49,308 nucleotides of DNA, from contig NW_025215155.1 of NCBI RefSeq assembly GCF_004010195.1, positions 1 to 49,308 on the forward strand, given 5' to 3'. The notes under the pieces were generated by a model. The model was not told where the DNA came from. It did not search any database and saw nothing but the letters and a program-made list of their open reading frames with translations. Shown piece by piece: positions 14,661-25,830 of the stretch. Positions within the stretch are counted from its first letter, which is position 1. Every line of letters begins with the position of its first letter. Source of the stretch: Chiloscyllium plagiosum (Eukaryota). The translations under genes were made by a program, and so were the position numbers.

Positions 14661-16155
14661 CTGATCTTTAAGGGGCCCTATTCTCTTCCTAGTTACCCTT
14701 TTGTCCTTAATGTATTTGTAGAATCTCTTTAGATTCTCCTTATCCTTATTTGCCAAAGCTATGTCATGTTCCCTTTTTGCCCTCTTGATTTCCCTCTTAA
14801 ATGTACTCCTACTGCCTTTATACTCTTCTGGGGAATCACTCAATTTCTGCTTCCTTCTTTTTCTTAAACAAAACCTCGATTTGTCTAGTCATTCCAGCAG
14901 TTCTCACCAGCCTTGCCCTTCACCCTAACAGGAACATACTGGAACTGAACTCCAGATATCTCATTTTTGAATTCTTGCCATTTTCCAGCCATCCCTTTAC
15001 CTGTGAAGATCCACCCCCAATCAACTTTTGAAAGTTCTTGCATTCTTCCAATTTAGAACATTAACTTTTACATACAGTCTATCCTTTTCTATCACTATTT
15101 TAAAACTCATAGAATTATGGTCACTACTCTCGAAGTGCTCCCCCAGACCCCGAGTCTCATGCCCTGCCTTATATTCTGAGAATAGGTCAAGTTTTGTACC
15201 TTCTGTAGTAGCACCTCAAGATATTGAATCAGAAAATTATCTCGTACATACTTAATAAATTCATCTCCATCCAAGCCCTTAACACTATGGAAGTCCTAGT
15301 CTGTTTGGAAAGCTAAAATTCCCTACCATAACCACCTTTTTAATTGTACAGATAACTGATATCACCTTGCAAATTTGTTTCTCAATTTCCGACTATTAGG
15401 GAGGATTTATTGTGCAATCACAATAAAGTGACCATCCCTTTCTTATTTTTCAGTTCCACCCAAATAACTTCCCAGGAATGTCCCCTGTAACGTTATCCCT
15501 AATCGAAAACACCACTTCTCCTCCTCTCTTGCCTCCCTATTGATCCATCCTATAGCATTTATACTCTGGAATATTAAGCTGCCAGTCCTGAACCACGCAA
15601 ATTAGCAATTACAGCTATGATATCCCAGTCCCATGTTCCTCATGATGCACTGAATTCATCTGCCTTACCTGTTAGGCCTCTTGCAGTGAAATACAGTTTA
15701 AGTTATCAGTCCCACCTCATTGTCTGCTTTGTTCCTGCCTGTCCTGCCTGTTTGACTTACATATTTTCCCATCTGGAGCAGTCTTAGCATCATCTGTTTC
15801 CTCATTATCTCTCTGGGCTCTCTCCGATCCAACCATCCCATCCCCCACAAACTTTAAATTCTTCCAAGCAGCTCTAGCAAATGTCCCCATCAGTATATTC
15901 GTCCACTTCCAATTTAGGTTCCTCCTTCTTATACAAATCACTTTTGTCCCAGAAGAAATTTCAATGATCCAAAAATGTGAATCCTTCTCCCCTGCACCAG
16001 CTCCTCAGCCATGCATTCATCTACTCTATCCTCTTATTCCTACCCTCACTAGCTTGTGGAATTGGGAATAAGCCAGATATTGTGACCTTTTTAAATTCCT
16101 GCCTAACTTCCTATATTCTTTCCTCAGAATGTCACCCTTTTCTCTTCCTATGTTA

Positions 16156-16644
16156 TTAGTTCTGGTGTGTACAGCAATCTCCTACTGGTCCCCCAGGGGC
16201 CTTTGAGATTATTCTGCACCCTCTCTGAGATACACTGATTTCACAGAGGTAACAAACCATTCTGATGTGTTGCTGTTGACAGCAGAATTGTCTGTTTGTG
16301 TGTCTGACTAGAGAGTCCCCGATCACAATTGATCGGTTGGAACCTGGTGTATCCCTCGTTATATTAGAGCCAGTGGTGGTACCAGAAACCTGGCTGTCAG
16401 TGTTACATTTCCCTGAGAGTCCATCACCCTCTACGTTTTCCAAAACAACGAATTTGTTTGAGATGGGGATAGCCATAGGAGACTCCTCCACTACCTGCTT
16501 CCCTCTCTTGTCTTTCCTGGAGGTCATCATTCTACCTGACTGTATCTTAGGTTTATCTATTTTCTTGCAACTGCCATCCATCCCACCTCCTAGCTCCTGA
16601 AAATTCCTCATTGCCTTCAACTGCCATTTAACCAATCCATGCAA
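16156..16644 (-). pseudogene. CR1 ORF1 remnant with SGNH/GDSL esterase-like motif
   Basis: PMAIPISNKFVVLE followed by IVIGDSLVRHTNRQFC, the typical start of the esterase domain in vertebrate CR1 ORF1; frameshifted afterwards. Confidence 0.8.
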
Positions 16645-16898
16645 TCAAATAGAATTTTTAAAGTTTTATATTTTTAAAGTTTAATCAAGAGACAGATCTC
16701 AATAGCAACATACAATCAAATAAAAAGCACTCTACTCACTGTTGTAAATTTACAAAAGGAAAACAATAAGGTTACATCTTAAAAAGCTACTTAGCTGCTC
16801 CCCTGCTGTGCGTTCCCACATACTGCTTCTCTAAGGTCAGCTGTGATTTTTGCTGTTTGTTTATTTTTCCTAGAACAAACTCAGATGTCAAGAGATAC

Positions 16899-17202
16899 TT
16901 GTTGTCCTTGGGCTTTTTTCCAGAGGGGTCATAAAGTCATGGGTTACAAGATGTCTAGGTTTATCGACTTGAACTGAAAAATGTGTTGCTGGAAAAGCGC
17001 TTATGCCCAAAATGTCAATTCTCCTGCTCCTTGGATGCTCCCTGACCTGCTGCGCTTTTCCAGCAACACATTTTTCAGCTCTGATCTCCAGCATCTGCAG
17101 TCCTCACTTTCTCCAACTTTATCTACTTGAAGAAGCTTTTAAATAAAAAAAACACTTGTAGAATGAAAGGGGAGTGGCCAGTTCTCCCAGGTCAGCTTTT
17201 CA
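16899..17202 (+). mobile_element. Partial LTR (5' third) of the same family as 21536-22131
   Basis: Shares CAGAGGGG..ATAAA.TCATGGG..CAAGATGTC and AGAATGAAAG.GGAGTGGCCAGTTCTCCCAG with the 21536 LTR; interrupted by 16974-17117 and cut by a CR1. Confidence 0.8.
16974..17117 (+). mobile_element. Short palindromic Penelope-derived element
   Basis: Inverted arms CTGAAAAATGTGTTGCTGGAAAAGCGC (16974-17000) and GCGCTTTTCCAGCAACACATTTTTCAG (17052-17078); 14-bp TSD TTTATC(G/T)ACTTGAA at 16960-16973 and 17118-17131. Confidence 0.8.
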
Positions 17203-17977
17203 CAATAGACAATAGACAATAGGTGCAGGAGTAGGCCATTCTGCCCTTCGAGCCTGCACCGCCAATCAATATAATCATGGCTGATCATCCTTAATCAGTA
17301 TCCTGTTCCTGCCTTATCTCCATAACCTTTGATTCCACTATCCTTGAGAGCTCTATCCAACTCTTTCTTAAATGAATCTAGAGACTGGGCCTCCACTGCC
17401 CTCTAGGGCAGAGCATTCCACACAGCCACCACTCTCTGGGTTAAGAAGTTTCTCCTCATCTCTGTCCTAAATGGTCTACCCCGTATTTTTAAGCTGTGTC
17501 CTCTGGTTCGGCACTCACCCATCAGCGGAAACATGTTTCCTGCCTCCAGAGTGTCCAATCCTTTAATAATCTTATATGTCTCAATCAGATCCCCTCTCAG
17601 TCTTCTAAACTCAAGGGTATACAAGCCCAGTCGCTCCAGTCTTTCGGCATAAGGTAGTACCGCCATTCCAGGAATTGACCTCGTCAACCTACGCTGCACT
17701 CCCTCAATAGCCAGAATGTCTTTCCTCAAATTTAGACACCAGAAATGCACACACCAGGGCCCTGTACAGCTGCAGAAGAACCTCTTTGCTTCTCCCCTCT
17801 TGTTATGAAGGCCAGCATGCTATTAGCCTTCTTCACTACCTGCTGTACCTGCATGCTTACCTTCATTAACTGGTGTACAAGAACACCCAGATCTCTTTGT
17901 ACTGCCCCTTTACCTAAATTGATTCCATTTCGGTAGTAATCTGCCTTCCTGTTCTTGCCACCAACGTGGATAACCAC
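17203..17977 (-). mobile_element. 5'-truncated CR1 LINE
   Basis: IEGVQRRLTRSIPGM, RRLRGDLIETYKIIKGLD; (ACAATAG)n tail at 17203. Confidence 0.93.
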
Positions 17978-18013
17978 GAGTGTAACTAGTGTAGTGTAAC
18001 CCCTTCATCTCCA

Positions 18014-18634
18014 TGTTGTTGCTGGTGAGAGAGAAACATTTCAGGTTGTCAGGTGTATGTTGATTTTAATGAATATAGAGGGTCTTTTAAAGAAATAGTT
18101 TTAAGCTAAGAAATAACTTTGAGTATTGTAGTTGACCACAAAAGAAGCAAGAGGGGCATTTTGCAATAAGCTCATAGTTTGTAGGTCCGCTTTTTGGACT
18201 ATCAAAGTAGTAAAGGATGATCTCAGAAGTCAGAAGGTTAGATAAGAAAAGAGGAACTGGATAAACTAACAGGAAGGCTGTAATGAACAAGGATAGCCAA
18301 ATGAGACAGATTTAAAAGAAAAACAAGTGAGGTAATTAATAAGTATGATCAGCTTAGGATTGGGTGCAGGGAATTGCCAAATGAAGGAATAACGGGCGCA
18401 AGTAATAACCAAATAAGGGGATAGAATGAAATAGATACTTATGATAGGTTTATTGCTTAGTGTAGGAGTGTCGAGAGACCCCTCAGAAAAGTATTTAAAA
18501 ACTCTGTATTTTACTGTCGGGTGTGTCTCTCCTCGTACAGCCACCCATCTTTAAAGATGTTCGAATAAATGTACTTCTTTGGAACTCTTTGACTCGGACT
18601 GAAAATTATTGATTAAGTGGGTTTGTTTCTCACA
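18014..18634 (+). mobile_element. LTR of a second family, immediately followed by a PBS
   Basis: TG...CA termini, TATA-like TATTTAAAA near 18492, AATAAA near 18565, and a PBS-like sequence 2 nt downstream. Confidence 0.6.
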
Positions 18635-18636
18635 AT

Positions 18637-18655
18637 TGGGGCTCTTATCTGGGAT
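18637..18655 (+). promoter_or_regulatory. Degenerate tRNA-Pro primer-binding site
   Basis: TGGGGCTCTTATCTGGGAT resembles the canonical tRNA-Pro PBS TGGGGGCTCGTCCGGGAT and lies directly after the LTR-terminal CA. Confidence 0.65.
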
Positions 18656-18699
18656 GAATTTCAGTTCCTGAAAAGGCTCCCGCCGTCGATAACTGAGAA

Positions 18700-19395
18700 G
18701 GTTAGGAATTCTCTGGCATGTCTTTGCTTAGCCTGTCCCAGGATAGATGTGTTGTCCCAGTCGAAATGGTGGCTTTTTTCATCCATGTGTAGGGCTATGA
18801 GGGAGAGAGGGTCGTGTCTTTTTGTGGCTAGCTGGTGTTCGTGTATCCTAGTGGCTAACTTTCTTCCTGTTTGTCCTATGTAGTGTTTGTGGCAGTCCTT
18901 GCATGGAATTTTGTAGATGATGTTGGTTTTGTCCATGGGTTGTACTGGATCTTTTAAGTTTGTTAGTTTTTGTTGGAGAGTGTTGGTGGGTTTGTGTGCT
19001 ACTAGGATACTGAGGGGTCTTAGTAGTCTGGCTGTCATTTCTGAAACTTCTTTGATATATGGTAAGGTGGTTAGGGTTTCTGGCTGTGTTTGGTCTGCTT
19101 GTCGTGGTTTGTTCTTGAGGAATCTGCGGGTTTTGTCCATGGGTTGTACTGGCACTCCAACCACAAAGCCATAAACAAACGCATAGATCTAGATGTCATC
19201 TATCAACCCCTCAGAAAACGAATAGGAAATGACATCACCACAAACCCCAGGAACCCCATCCAGGAGAAAGATATAAATAGAAAGCAGGAGACAACAGCTT
19301 CGCTTCACTTGGAGGTCGCCACTGATGATGTTACCTGGCCAGGTAATGTAATGTCTAGATATCAAACCTACAGCTCAGCGATCAAACCTACACCC
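18700..19395. mobile_element. Penelope-like element fragment (GIY-YIG endonuclease), internally inverted
   Basis: Minus strand: TLPYIKEVSE...IIYKIPCKDCHKHYIGQTGR...RIHEH...AREFL. Plus strand from about 19150 gives the continuation WHSNHKAINKRIDLDVIYQPL and the 3' pseudo-LTR. Confidence 0.9.
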
Positions 19396-19397
19396 TG

Positions 19398-19535
19398 GAT
19401 AGGTATATAAATAGGAAGGGTTTGGAGGGATATGGGCCAAGTGCTGGCAAATGGGTCTAGATTAGGTTAGGATATCTGGTTGGGTTGGACCGAAGGGTCT
19501 GTTTCTATGCTGTACATCTCTATGGATCTATGGCT
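19398..19535 (+). mobile_element. CR1 3'-end fragment
   Basis: GGATATGGGCCAAGTGCTGGCAAATGGG...GGACCGAAGGGTCTGTTTC, the reverse complement of the 11062-11200 tail. Confidence 0.85.
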
Positions 19536-19858
19536 GTAGGATGTGTTACCAGTGGGTTATAGAAAGGTGGTATTGCAAATAGCGCACAAACTACCAGTAG
19601 GAGGTCATTTAGGGGTAAAAAAACTCAAGCAAAAGTCTAAAAACATTGTTACTAGCCTGGACTGCACAAGGATGTCGTTGACTTTTGCCTGATATGTCAT
19701 AAATGTCAGGTAATTGAGAAACACAGACAGTAATAAAATATTATCTTTAATACATGTTCCTGCATTTAATGAACCTTTTACAAGAGTCTTAATTGATTGC
19801 AAAGGACCCCTACGTAAAACAAAAAGTGGGAATCCGTATTTGTTAACGATAATGGATA

Positions 19859-19942
19859 TCAAGAGTGTGGTACTGGATAAACACAAGCAGTATCCGAGGA
19901 GCAGGACGATCGCTGTTTCAGGCATAAGCCCTTCATCAGGAA
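19859..19942 (-). mobile_element. Short Penelope-derived element with hammerhead core, at the integrase/RT deletion junction
   Basis: Minus strand reads CTGATGA-A-GGGC-TTAT-GCCT-GAAA; flanking sequence is shared with 14512-14660. Confidence 0.7.
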
Positions 19943-20187
19943 GGGATTGAGTGGATTTTATCGAAAATTCATACCAAATTTTGCAGTGTAGCTGCTCCAC
20001 TCATTGAATTTCTAAAGAAAGGCAAGAAGTTTCAGTAGACAGCTGACTGTCAGAAGGCATTTGACAGCCTGACAGCTGTATTAGCCACTGGACTAGTGTT
20101 AACCACTCCTAATTACTCCAAGCCATTCAAGGTGGCTATCAATACAAGTGATGTGAGTGTCAGTGCTGTGCTGTTGCAAGATTTTGT

Positions 20188-20530
20188 TTAGAATTAGAAT
20201 TAGTGTGGAAACAGGCCTTTCGGCTCAAAGCATCCACACTGACCCTCTGAAGAGTAACCCACCCAGACCCATTCCCCTACTCTATATTTACCCCTGACTA
20301 ATGCACTGAACCTACACATTCCTGAATGCTATTGGCAATTTAGCACAGCCAATTCATCTGACCTACACATCTTTGGATTGTGGGAGGAGTCCAGAGCACC
20401 CACAGGAAACCCATGCAGACAAAGGGAGAATGTGCAAACTCCACACAGACAGTCACCCGAGGCTGGAATTGAACCCGGGTCCCTGGCACTGTGGGGCAGC
20501 AGTGCTAACCACTGAGCCACTGTGATGCCC
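20188..20530 (-). mobile_element. HE1-like tRNA-derived V-SINE
   Basis: Reverse complement has A/B boxes (TGGCTCAGTGG, GGTTCAATTCC), the V-domain TGTGTGGAGTTTGCACATTCTCCC and a CR1-like tail. Confidence 0.92.
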
Positions 20531-20955
20531 TTGGGTAAGGGGTTTTCTTAAATTCTGTTGTGGGTATCCCTGCTTGGATTGGTATTTTATTGCCTGTTCC
20601 TAGTTGCCCTTGAGCTGCCTTCTCGAACTGCAGCAGTCCACATGCTGTAGGTTGACCCACAATAGGATTGTGACTCGAAGATAGACCTATCGGGTATTTC
20701 TCCAGGAAATTGAACATTGAGCTTGGTGTTGATGTTACACCATTTCAATATTTATGTTGCCAGTAATGTATCTGAGAAAATCATATATGCTGATCATAAC
20801 CCATTGAAGTTTGTGGAGGAATGTAAGGACAAAAATTCCAAACTGGTTAGATGGAGCTTGTTGTTACAGCCATTCAATTTGAAGATTATACATATGGCAG
20901 GACAAGAAAACATGATTGCCAATGCGTTGTCGAGGCTTGGATGAGAAATGGCAGG

Positions 20956-21330
20956 AGTATGTTTACAAAATCATGAAGGGTATAGACAGGGTGGATAGAG
21001 ACAAGCTTTTTCCCAGGGTGAGGTATTCAATAACGAGAGGTCATGCTTTCAAGGTGAGAGGTGGAAAATTTAAGGGGGATACACGCGGTAAGTACTTCAC
21101 ACAGAGGGTGGTGGGTGTTTGGAACGCGTTGCCAGTAGAGGTAATAGAGGCAGGCACGGTAGATTCATTTAAGATGCGTCTGGAGAGATGCATGAGTAGG
21201 TGGGGAGCAGAGGGATACAGATGCTTAGGAATTGACCGACAGGTGGAGACAGTACATTTGGATTGGTTCAGGCTTGGAGGGCCGAAGGGCCTGTTCCTGG
21301 CCTGTAAATTTTCTTTGTTCTTTGTTCTTT
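20956..21330 (+). mobile_element. CR1 3' fragment
   Basis: VYKIMKGIDRVDRDKLFP...YFTQRVVGVWNALP; (TTCTTTG)n tail; same subfamily as 32709-33580. Confidence 0.93.
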
Positions 21331-21535
21331 GAGTAAGTGGACTGAAATGGAATGTCAAAGTTCATGTTTATAGTCAATGTAATGTATATGGATGTTGTAG
21401 TGTACTACACTAGTGTAACCCCCTCATCTCTGGAATCAATCTGGTGAACCTTCTAACAGTACTAACAGTGCAAGATGAAGGGGTTTTAAAATGAAGCCAT
21501 CTTTGGATATTGATGGGTTTTTTGTGGGGGGGTGA

Positions 21536-22131
21536 TGTGATGATGCTGCTCCTTTACCAAGGTTATGTTGTTCTTGGCTTTCTTTTCAGAGGGGCATAAA
21601 ATCATGGGCTCCAAGATGTCTTTTTTTTCAACTTGAAGAAGCTTTTAGGTTTGAAAAAAAAAACAGTTTTAGAATGAAAGTGGAGTGGCCAGTTCTCCCA
21701 GCTCAATGTGTCATTGATTTGTTTTGGTTTGAGCAGTCTGGCTGTTCAGAGCAGCTGGGGAATCCAAAGAAACAGCAACAGTGGAGGAAGCTTCCATGCT
21801 GAATCTCTCTGCCATCTCTTTCTCCTGTAAGCACCACATGATTTTTACCTTTTTGTCCATGAGATGTTTATGGGGACTGTTGCAAGTATTTCCAACAGTA
21901 TCATTGAGTTGGATGGTCTGTTGGGTTTTGGATAGTTGAGTTATTCTGCACTCTGTTCTCTTTTGTTTGTGTTTCATTTGGTAATCTTGGAAATAAATGT
22001 TGTTTTGTTTAAAACAGAGAGGTGAATCCCTCCTGGAATATCCACTGTATACCTGCTTAAAACAACAGAAAAGTTACGGTCTGGGTTTCCTTCTTCAAAT
22101 ATTTTGAGGGAGCCTGGCCTGGTCCATCACA
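21536..22131 (+). mobile_element. 3' LTR of the Gmr1-like element
   Basis: Preceded by a G-rich PPT-like tract (21525-21535); TGTGATG...CATCACA terminal inverted repeat; AATAAA near 21992; lies downstream of the pol stop. Confidence 0.88.
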
Positions 22132-22940
22132 CTCTTACAGCCACAATGTTTTACTGTCCTCCATCTTGGATCACCCCAGAATCCTAATGAAAGATATAAA
22201 GTCTAAAAGTTAGAATTACGGTAATTAACACTGACATCAGGAAGCAGTTTTTCGCACACAGACAGAAAAATAACACTTTCCAGTAGAGATTTTATTCCTC
22301 AAATTATTGAGCTGGTCAGGTATAAACCTGTCTCTTCAACTTTGGAGAAAATATAAGATATTTTTGATTCTCTTACAGTCCTGGGTGAAAGAATAACCAG
22401 AAAACTGTATTTAAAGTAGTTCTGTTGCAACTCAGATCAAATTTCACCTCAAGTGATTTATGCATTTCAGCTAGTCTGTAAATAATATTCTTAAAACTCC
22501 AATTCCCACCTCAAAGTCTGAATTATTCAAAACTCTGAGTGTTGTGATCAATGGTGTGTCAGTTGGGGGAGTATGAGAGATCAGAAAAGTTAGATCCTTG
22601 ATGTCAAGCAAAACAAGTTTCATTTTCCTCCTAATTTTTTAATGACATGATAAGAACCTTGTTAATGTGTGGCAAGAAGCCTGTTTGTATGCATCTAATC
22701 ATACATTATTTATATGCAATTTGCTGTTTTCCCAGGCTGCAGACAGAATGAAGATGGCAATAATTCCTGACATAAGAGTTAGAGTGAGAACCTGGTGATG
22801 CCATCTTGCCACTTACTCATGTGGGTGTCTGTTTTGGCCAGCAATCACCAACACCTCAGGGCACGTTCTGCGCACAGCAGCTAATTGTACCAGGCCTGGG
22901 CTCATGCAGATTGTCATCAGTCAAACACCAATTCACTACA

Positions 22941-23130
22941 TTAAAAATCACACAACACCAGGTCATAGTCAAAGAGGTTTAATTGGAAGCACACTAGCTT
23001 TCAGGAACCTGATGAAGGAGCGTCGCTCCGAAAGCTAGTGTGCTTCCAATTAAACCTTTTGGGCTATAACCTGCTGTTGTGTGATTTTTAACTTTGTACA
23101 CCCCAGTCCAACACCAGCATCTCCAAATCA
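22941..23130 (+). mobile_element. Palindromic Penelope pseudo-LTR element containing a minimal hammerhead motif
   Basis: About 62-bp inverted arms (22941-23002 and 23030-23091); TSD TCACTACAT at 22933-22941 and 23134-23142. Confidence 0.85.
23006..23040 (+). ncRNA. Minimal type-I hammerhead ribozyme motif
   Basis: CTGATGA (23009-23015), stem II GGAGC-gtc-GCTCC, GAAA (23030-23033), palindromic AGCT stem III, CTA cleavage triplet. Stem I is short and imperfect (AAC/GTG). Confidence 0.65.
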
Positions 23131-23691
23131 ATCTCACTACATCCTCATAGCACGTCTCCCACTCACTTAGAATACAATACCCCATTTTAGCACTGCACTT
23201 TGGAGTGGGCCAGCATCTTTTATTGTAATACAGGTAGCAGGCATTTTGCAAACACATTTTTCAAAACTCTGGTCCCATCTCATGTATCACAGCAGGGTGC
23301 ACCTGAGAGTTCTTCACTTTTTAGTGCTCACTCACTTGGAATCTACTTGGATGTTTTGCCCTGACTTTGCATTGTCATACAGGCACCCATGTACTTTGTC
23401 GTATTTACCAGGCTGTGAACAGACAAGAGAGCAAACATGTTGCACACTCTGTTATACCAATTCACACCCACAGCAGCTTGATTCTTTCAGCTACAGTTAC
23501 GATGACAGCCAATCAGACAGATTACTATGTAAACAGTCATGAATTTACAAACATGAGATACCATTGTGTCAGCTGAGCCAACTTTGCACCCTCAGAATCT
23601 TTTCTCTTCCATTTGTTTCTCTCCTGCCACAGAAAGTGGTCGAGGACAAAACATTTAATGTTTTCAAGGAGTTATACATAGTTCTTCACAG

Positions 23692-25065
23692 TAATAGAAG
23701 CAGGAGTAGGCCATTTGGTCCATCAAGCCTGCTGTGCCATTCATTATGATCATGGCTGATCTATCCATCATCTCAACTCCTCCTGCATTGTCCCCATAAC
23801 ACTTAATTTCCCTACCATGTAAAAACCATCTAACTGTGTCTTGAATATATTTAATGAAGCTGTTTTCTTGGCCAGAGAATTCCATAGATTCACTACTCTC
23901 TGAAAAAAAGCAGTTTCTCCTCATTTCTGTATTAAATCTACGCCCCCTAATCTTGAGACCATATCCCTTTGTCCTAGTCTCACTTACCAGTGGATACAAC
24001 TTGCTTGCCTCCATCTTATCTATCCCTTTCATAATTTTATATGTTTCTATAAGATCCCTCTCATTCTTCTAAATTCTAGCGAGTACAGTCCCAGGCGGCT
24101 CAACCTCTCCTCATAGGGTAACCCCCTCATCTCCAGAATCAACATGGTGAACCTCCTCTGCACTGCCTCCAAAGCCAGTATATCCTTTCTCAAGTAAGGA
24201 AACCAGAGCTGTGCACAATAGTCCAGGTGCAGCCTCACAAGCACCTTGTACAATTGCAGCAGAACCTCCCTGCTCTTAGATACAATCCCTCTAGCAATGA
24301 AAACCATTACTCCATTTGCCTTCCCGATTACCTGTTGCACCAGTAAATCAATTTTTAGCCATTCATGTACAAGCACTCCTAAGTCCCTCTGCACAACAGC
24401 ATGCTGCAATCTTTCACCATTTGAATAATACTCTGACCTACTATTTTTACTTGCAAAGTAAATAACTTCACATTGACCAACATTGTGGGTGGCACAGTGG
24501 CTCAGTGGTTAGCACAGCTGCCTCACAGCACCAGAGATCCGGGTTCAATTCCCGTCTCAGGCGACTGACTGTGTGGAGTTTGCACATTCTCCCCGTGTCT
24601 GCGTGGGTTTCCTCCGGATGCTTCAGTTTCCTCCCACAGTCCAAAGATGTGCAGGTTGGGTGAATTGCTAAATTGCCCGTAGTGTTAGGTGCATTAGTCA
24701 GGGGTGAATTTAGGGGAATGGGTCTGGGCGGGTTGCTCTTCGGAGGGTCGCTGTGGACTTGTTGGGCCGAAGGGCCTGTTTCCATACTGTAGGGAATCTA
24801 ATCTAATCATTGTACTCCATCTGCCAGATCCTTGCCCACTCACTTAACCCATCTAAATCTCTCTGCAGACCTTCCACATCCTCTGTACAGTTTGCCTTTC
24901 CTCTCAATTTAGTGTCATCAGCAAACATTGGATGCGTTACACTCTGCCTCCTCTTCCAAATCATTTATATATATCAAGAAAGGTTACGTGTCTAACACTG
25001 ACCCCTGTGACACCCTGCTCATCACTGATCTCCAACCAGAGAAACATCCACTTATCCCAACTTTC
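23692..25065 (-). mobile_element. 5'-truncated CR1 LINE, itself inside a short + strand CR1 tail (about 23625-23690 and 25070-25170)
   Basis: QRDLGVLVHE, LYKVLVRLHLDYCAQLWFPYLRKD, LEAVQRRFT, RRMRG. Confidence 0.9.
24487..24807 (+). mobile_element. Full-length HE1-like V-SINE
   Basis: tRNA-like head with A/B boxes, V-domain, CR1-shared 3' end with (AATCT)n; TSD CATTGT at 24481-24486 and 24808-24813. Confidence 0.95.
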
Positions 25066-25649
25066 TTACGATTAAAGGGATGAAAGGATATAGTTGGATT
25101 ATCTGCCATTATCATATTGTAGGGTGGAGCAGCTTGAAGGGCTGAATGGTCTACTCCTATCCTTATTTTCTATTTCTCTATTTACATGTACTGTGAAAGG
25201 GCTGGCAACAATTGATTTAACGCACAGCTGGTGTTTCAATATGGCATTGAAGATGTGAATCCCAGGAGGTCCTGGCAGTGGCAAATCGTTCTGCCACTGG
25301 CAAGTGCATGATAGCACGAATGCAGCACTACAGGGGCTTGGTGGATCCATAATGAGTTGAGTTGCCTGATATAATTTGCTATATCTCACAGAGAGCAACC
25401 CTCCATGAAACTCATCAAAATATGCACTTCGTCGAGTTTTAGTAAAGTTCAGCCCTCCACTTCCTTAAATCTTTCTTTTATAATTTCGGCATTTAACATT
25501 GAAATAAACAGCTTCCTTCACTGCAAAACACTTATTTGTGATTCAAGGTCCATAGCAATATAATAAGGGCTCATTTCTGAGTATAGATCAGCCACAATTT
25601 AATTCTGTGTGGAATGAGATCTGCTTGTTACTGTGGGTTTTTTTTAATG

Positions 25650-25830
25650 CATTCAAAACATAAGGATGGTGATAGCTAGGTCAGCATTTATTGCCCATCT
25701 GTAATTGCCCACAGGGCAGTTAAGAGTTGGCCAAATTTTTGTGGGTCTGGAATCACATGTAGGCCAGGTAGAGATGGCAGCATCCTTACATAAAGAATGT
25801 TAGTGAGCCAGATGGGTTTTTCATAACAAT
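25650..25830 (-). mobile_element. Old SINE-like fragment sharing the GGGCAATAAATGCTG 3' end with the Zenon-like LINE
   Basis: CAGCATTTATTGCCC at about 25682 is the reverse complement of the 3' end seen at about 37703-37716. Confidence 0.5.

Larger units (their letters stand above)
11062..16890 (-). mobile_element. Near-full-length decayed CR1 LINE (ORF1, endonuclease region, RT, 3' tail), interrupted by three younger insertions
   Basis: Minus-strand peptides in the expected order: IVIGDSLVR (ORF1), KRFYKYIKDKR, SQHDFVHGKSFLTNLIEFFE, DVIYMNFSNAFDK, SKFANDTKIG, LERVQKNFTRMLPGL, LRGDLIEVYK. The 3' tail ATAGAGTCATAGAG is at about 11062. Confidence 0.9.
19543..20944 (+). pseudogene. Decayed Gypsy-type (Gmr1-like) pol: integrase, then RT connection and RNase H
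   Basis: Hand translation gives IAHKLPVGGHLGVKKT...CLICHKCQ (HHCC), PFTRVLIDCKGPL..GNPYLLTIMD, then GLSGFYRKFIPNF, CQKAFDSL, PNYSKPFKVAINTSDVSVSAVLLQ, RPIGYFSRKL, YADHNPLKF, RWSLLLQPFNLKIIH..GQENMIANALSR*. Contains stops and insertions. Confidence 0.9.

Noticed and set aside
24487..24560. tRNA-like sequence with A and B boxes (also about 20460-20530)
   Set aside because: It is the head of an HE1-like SINE, followed by the V-domain and LINE tail with a TSD; not a tRNA gene.
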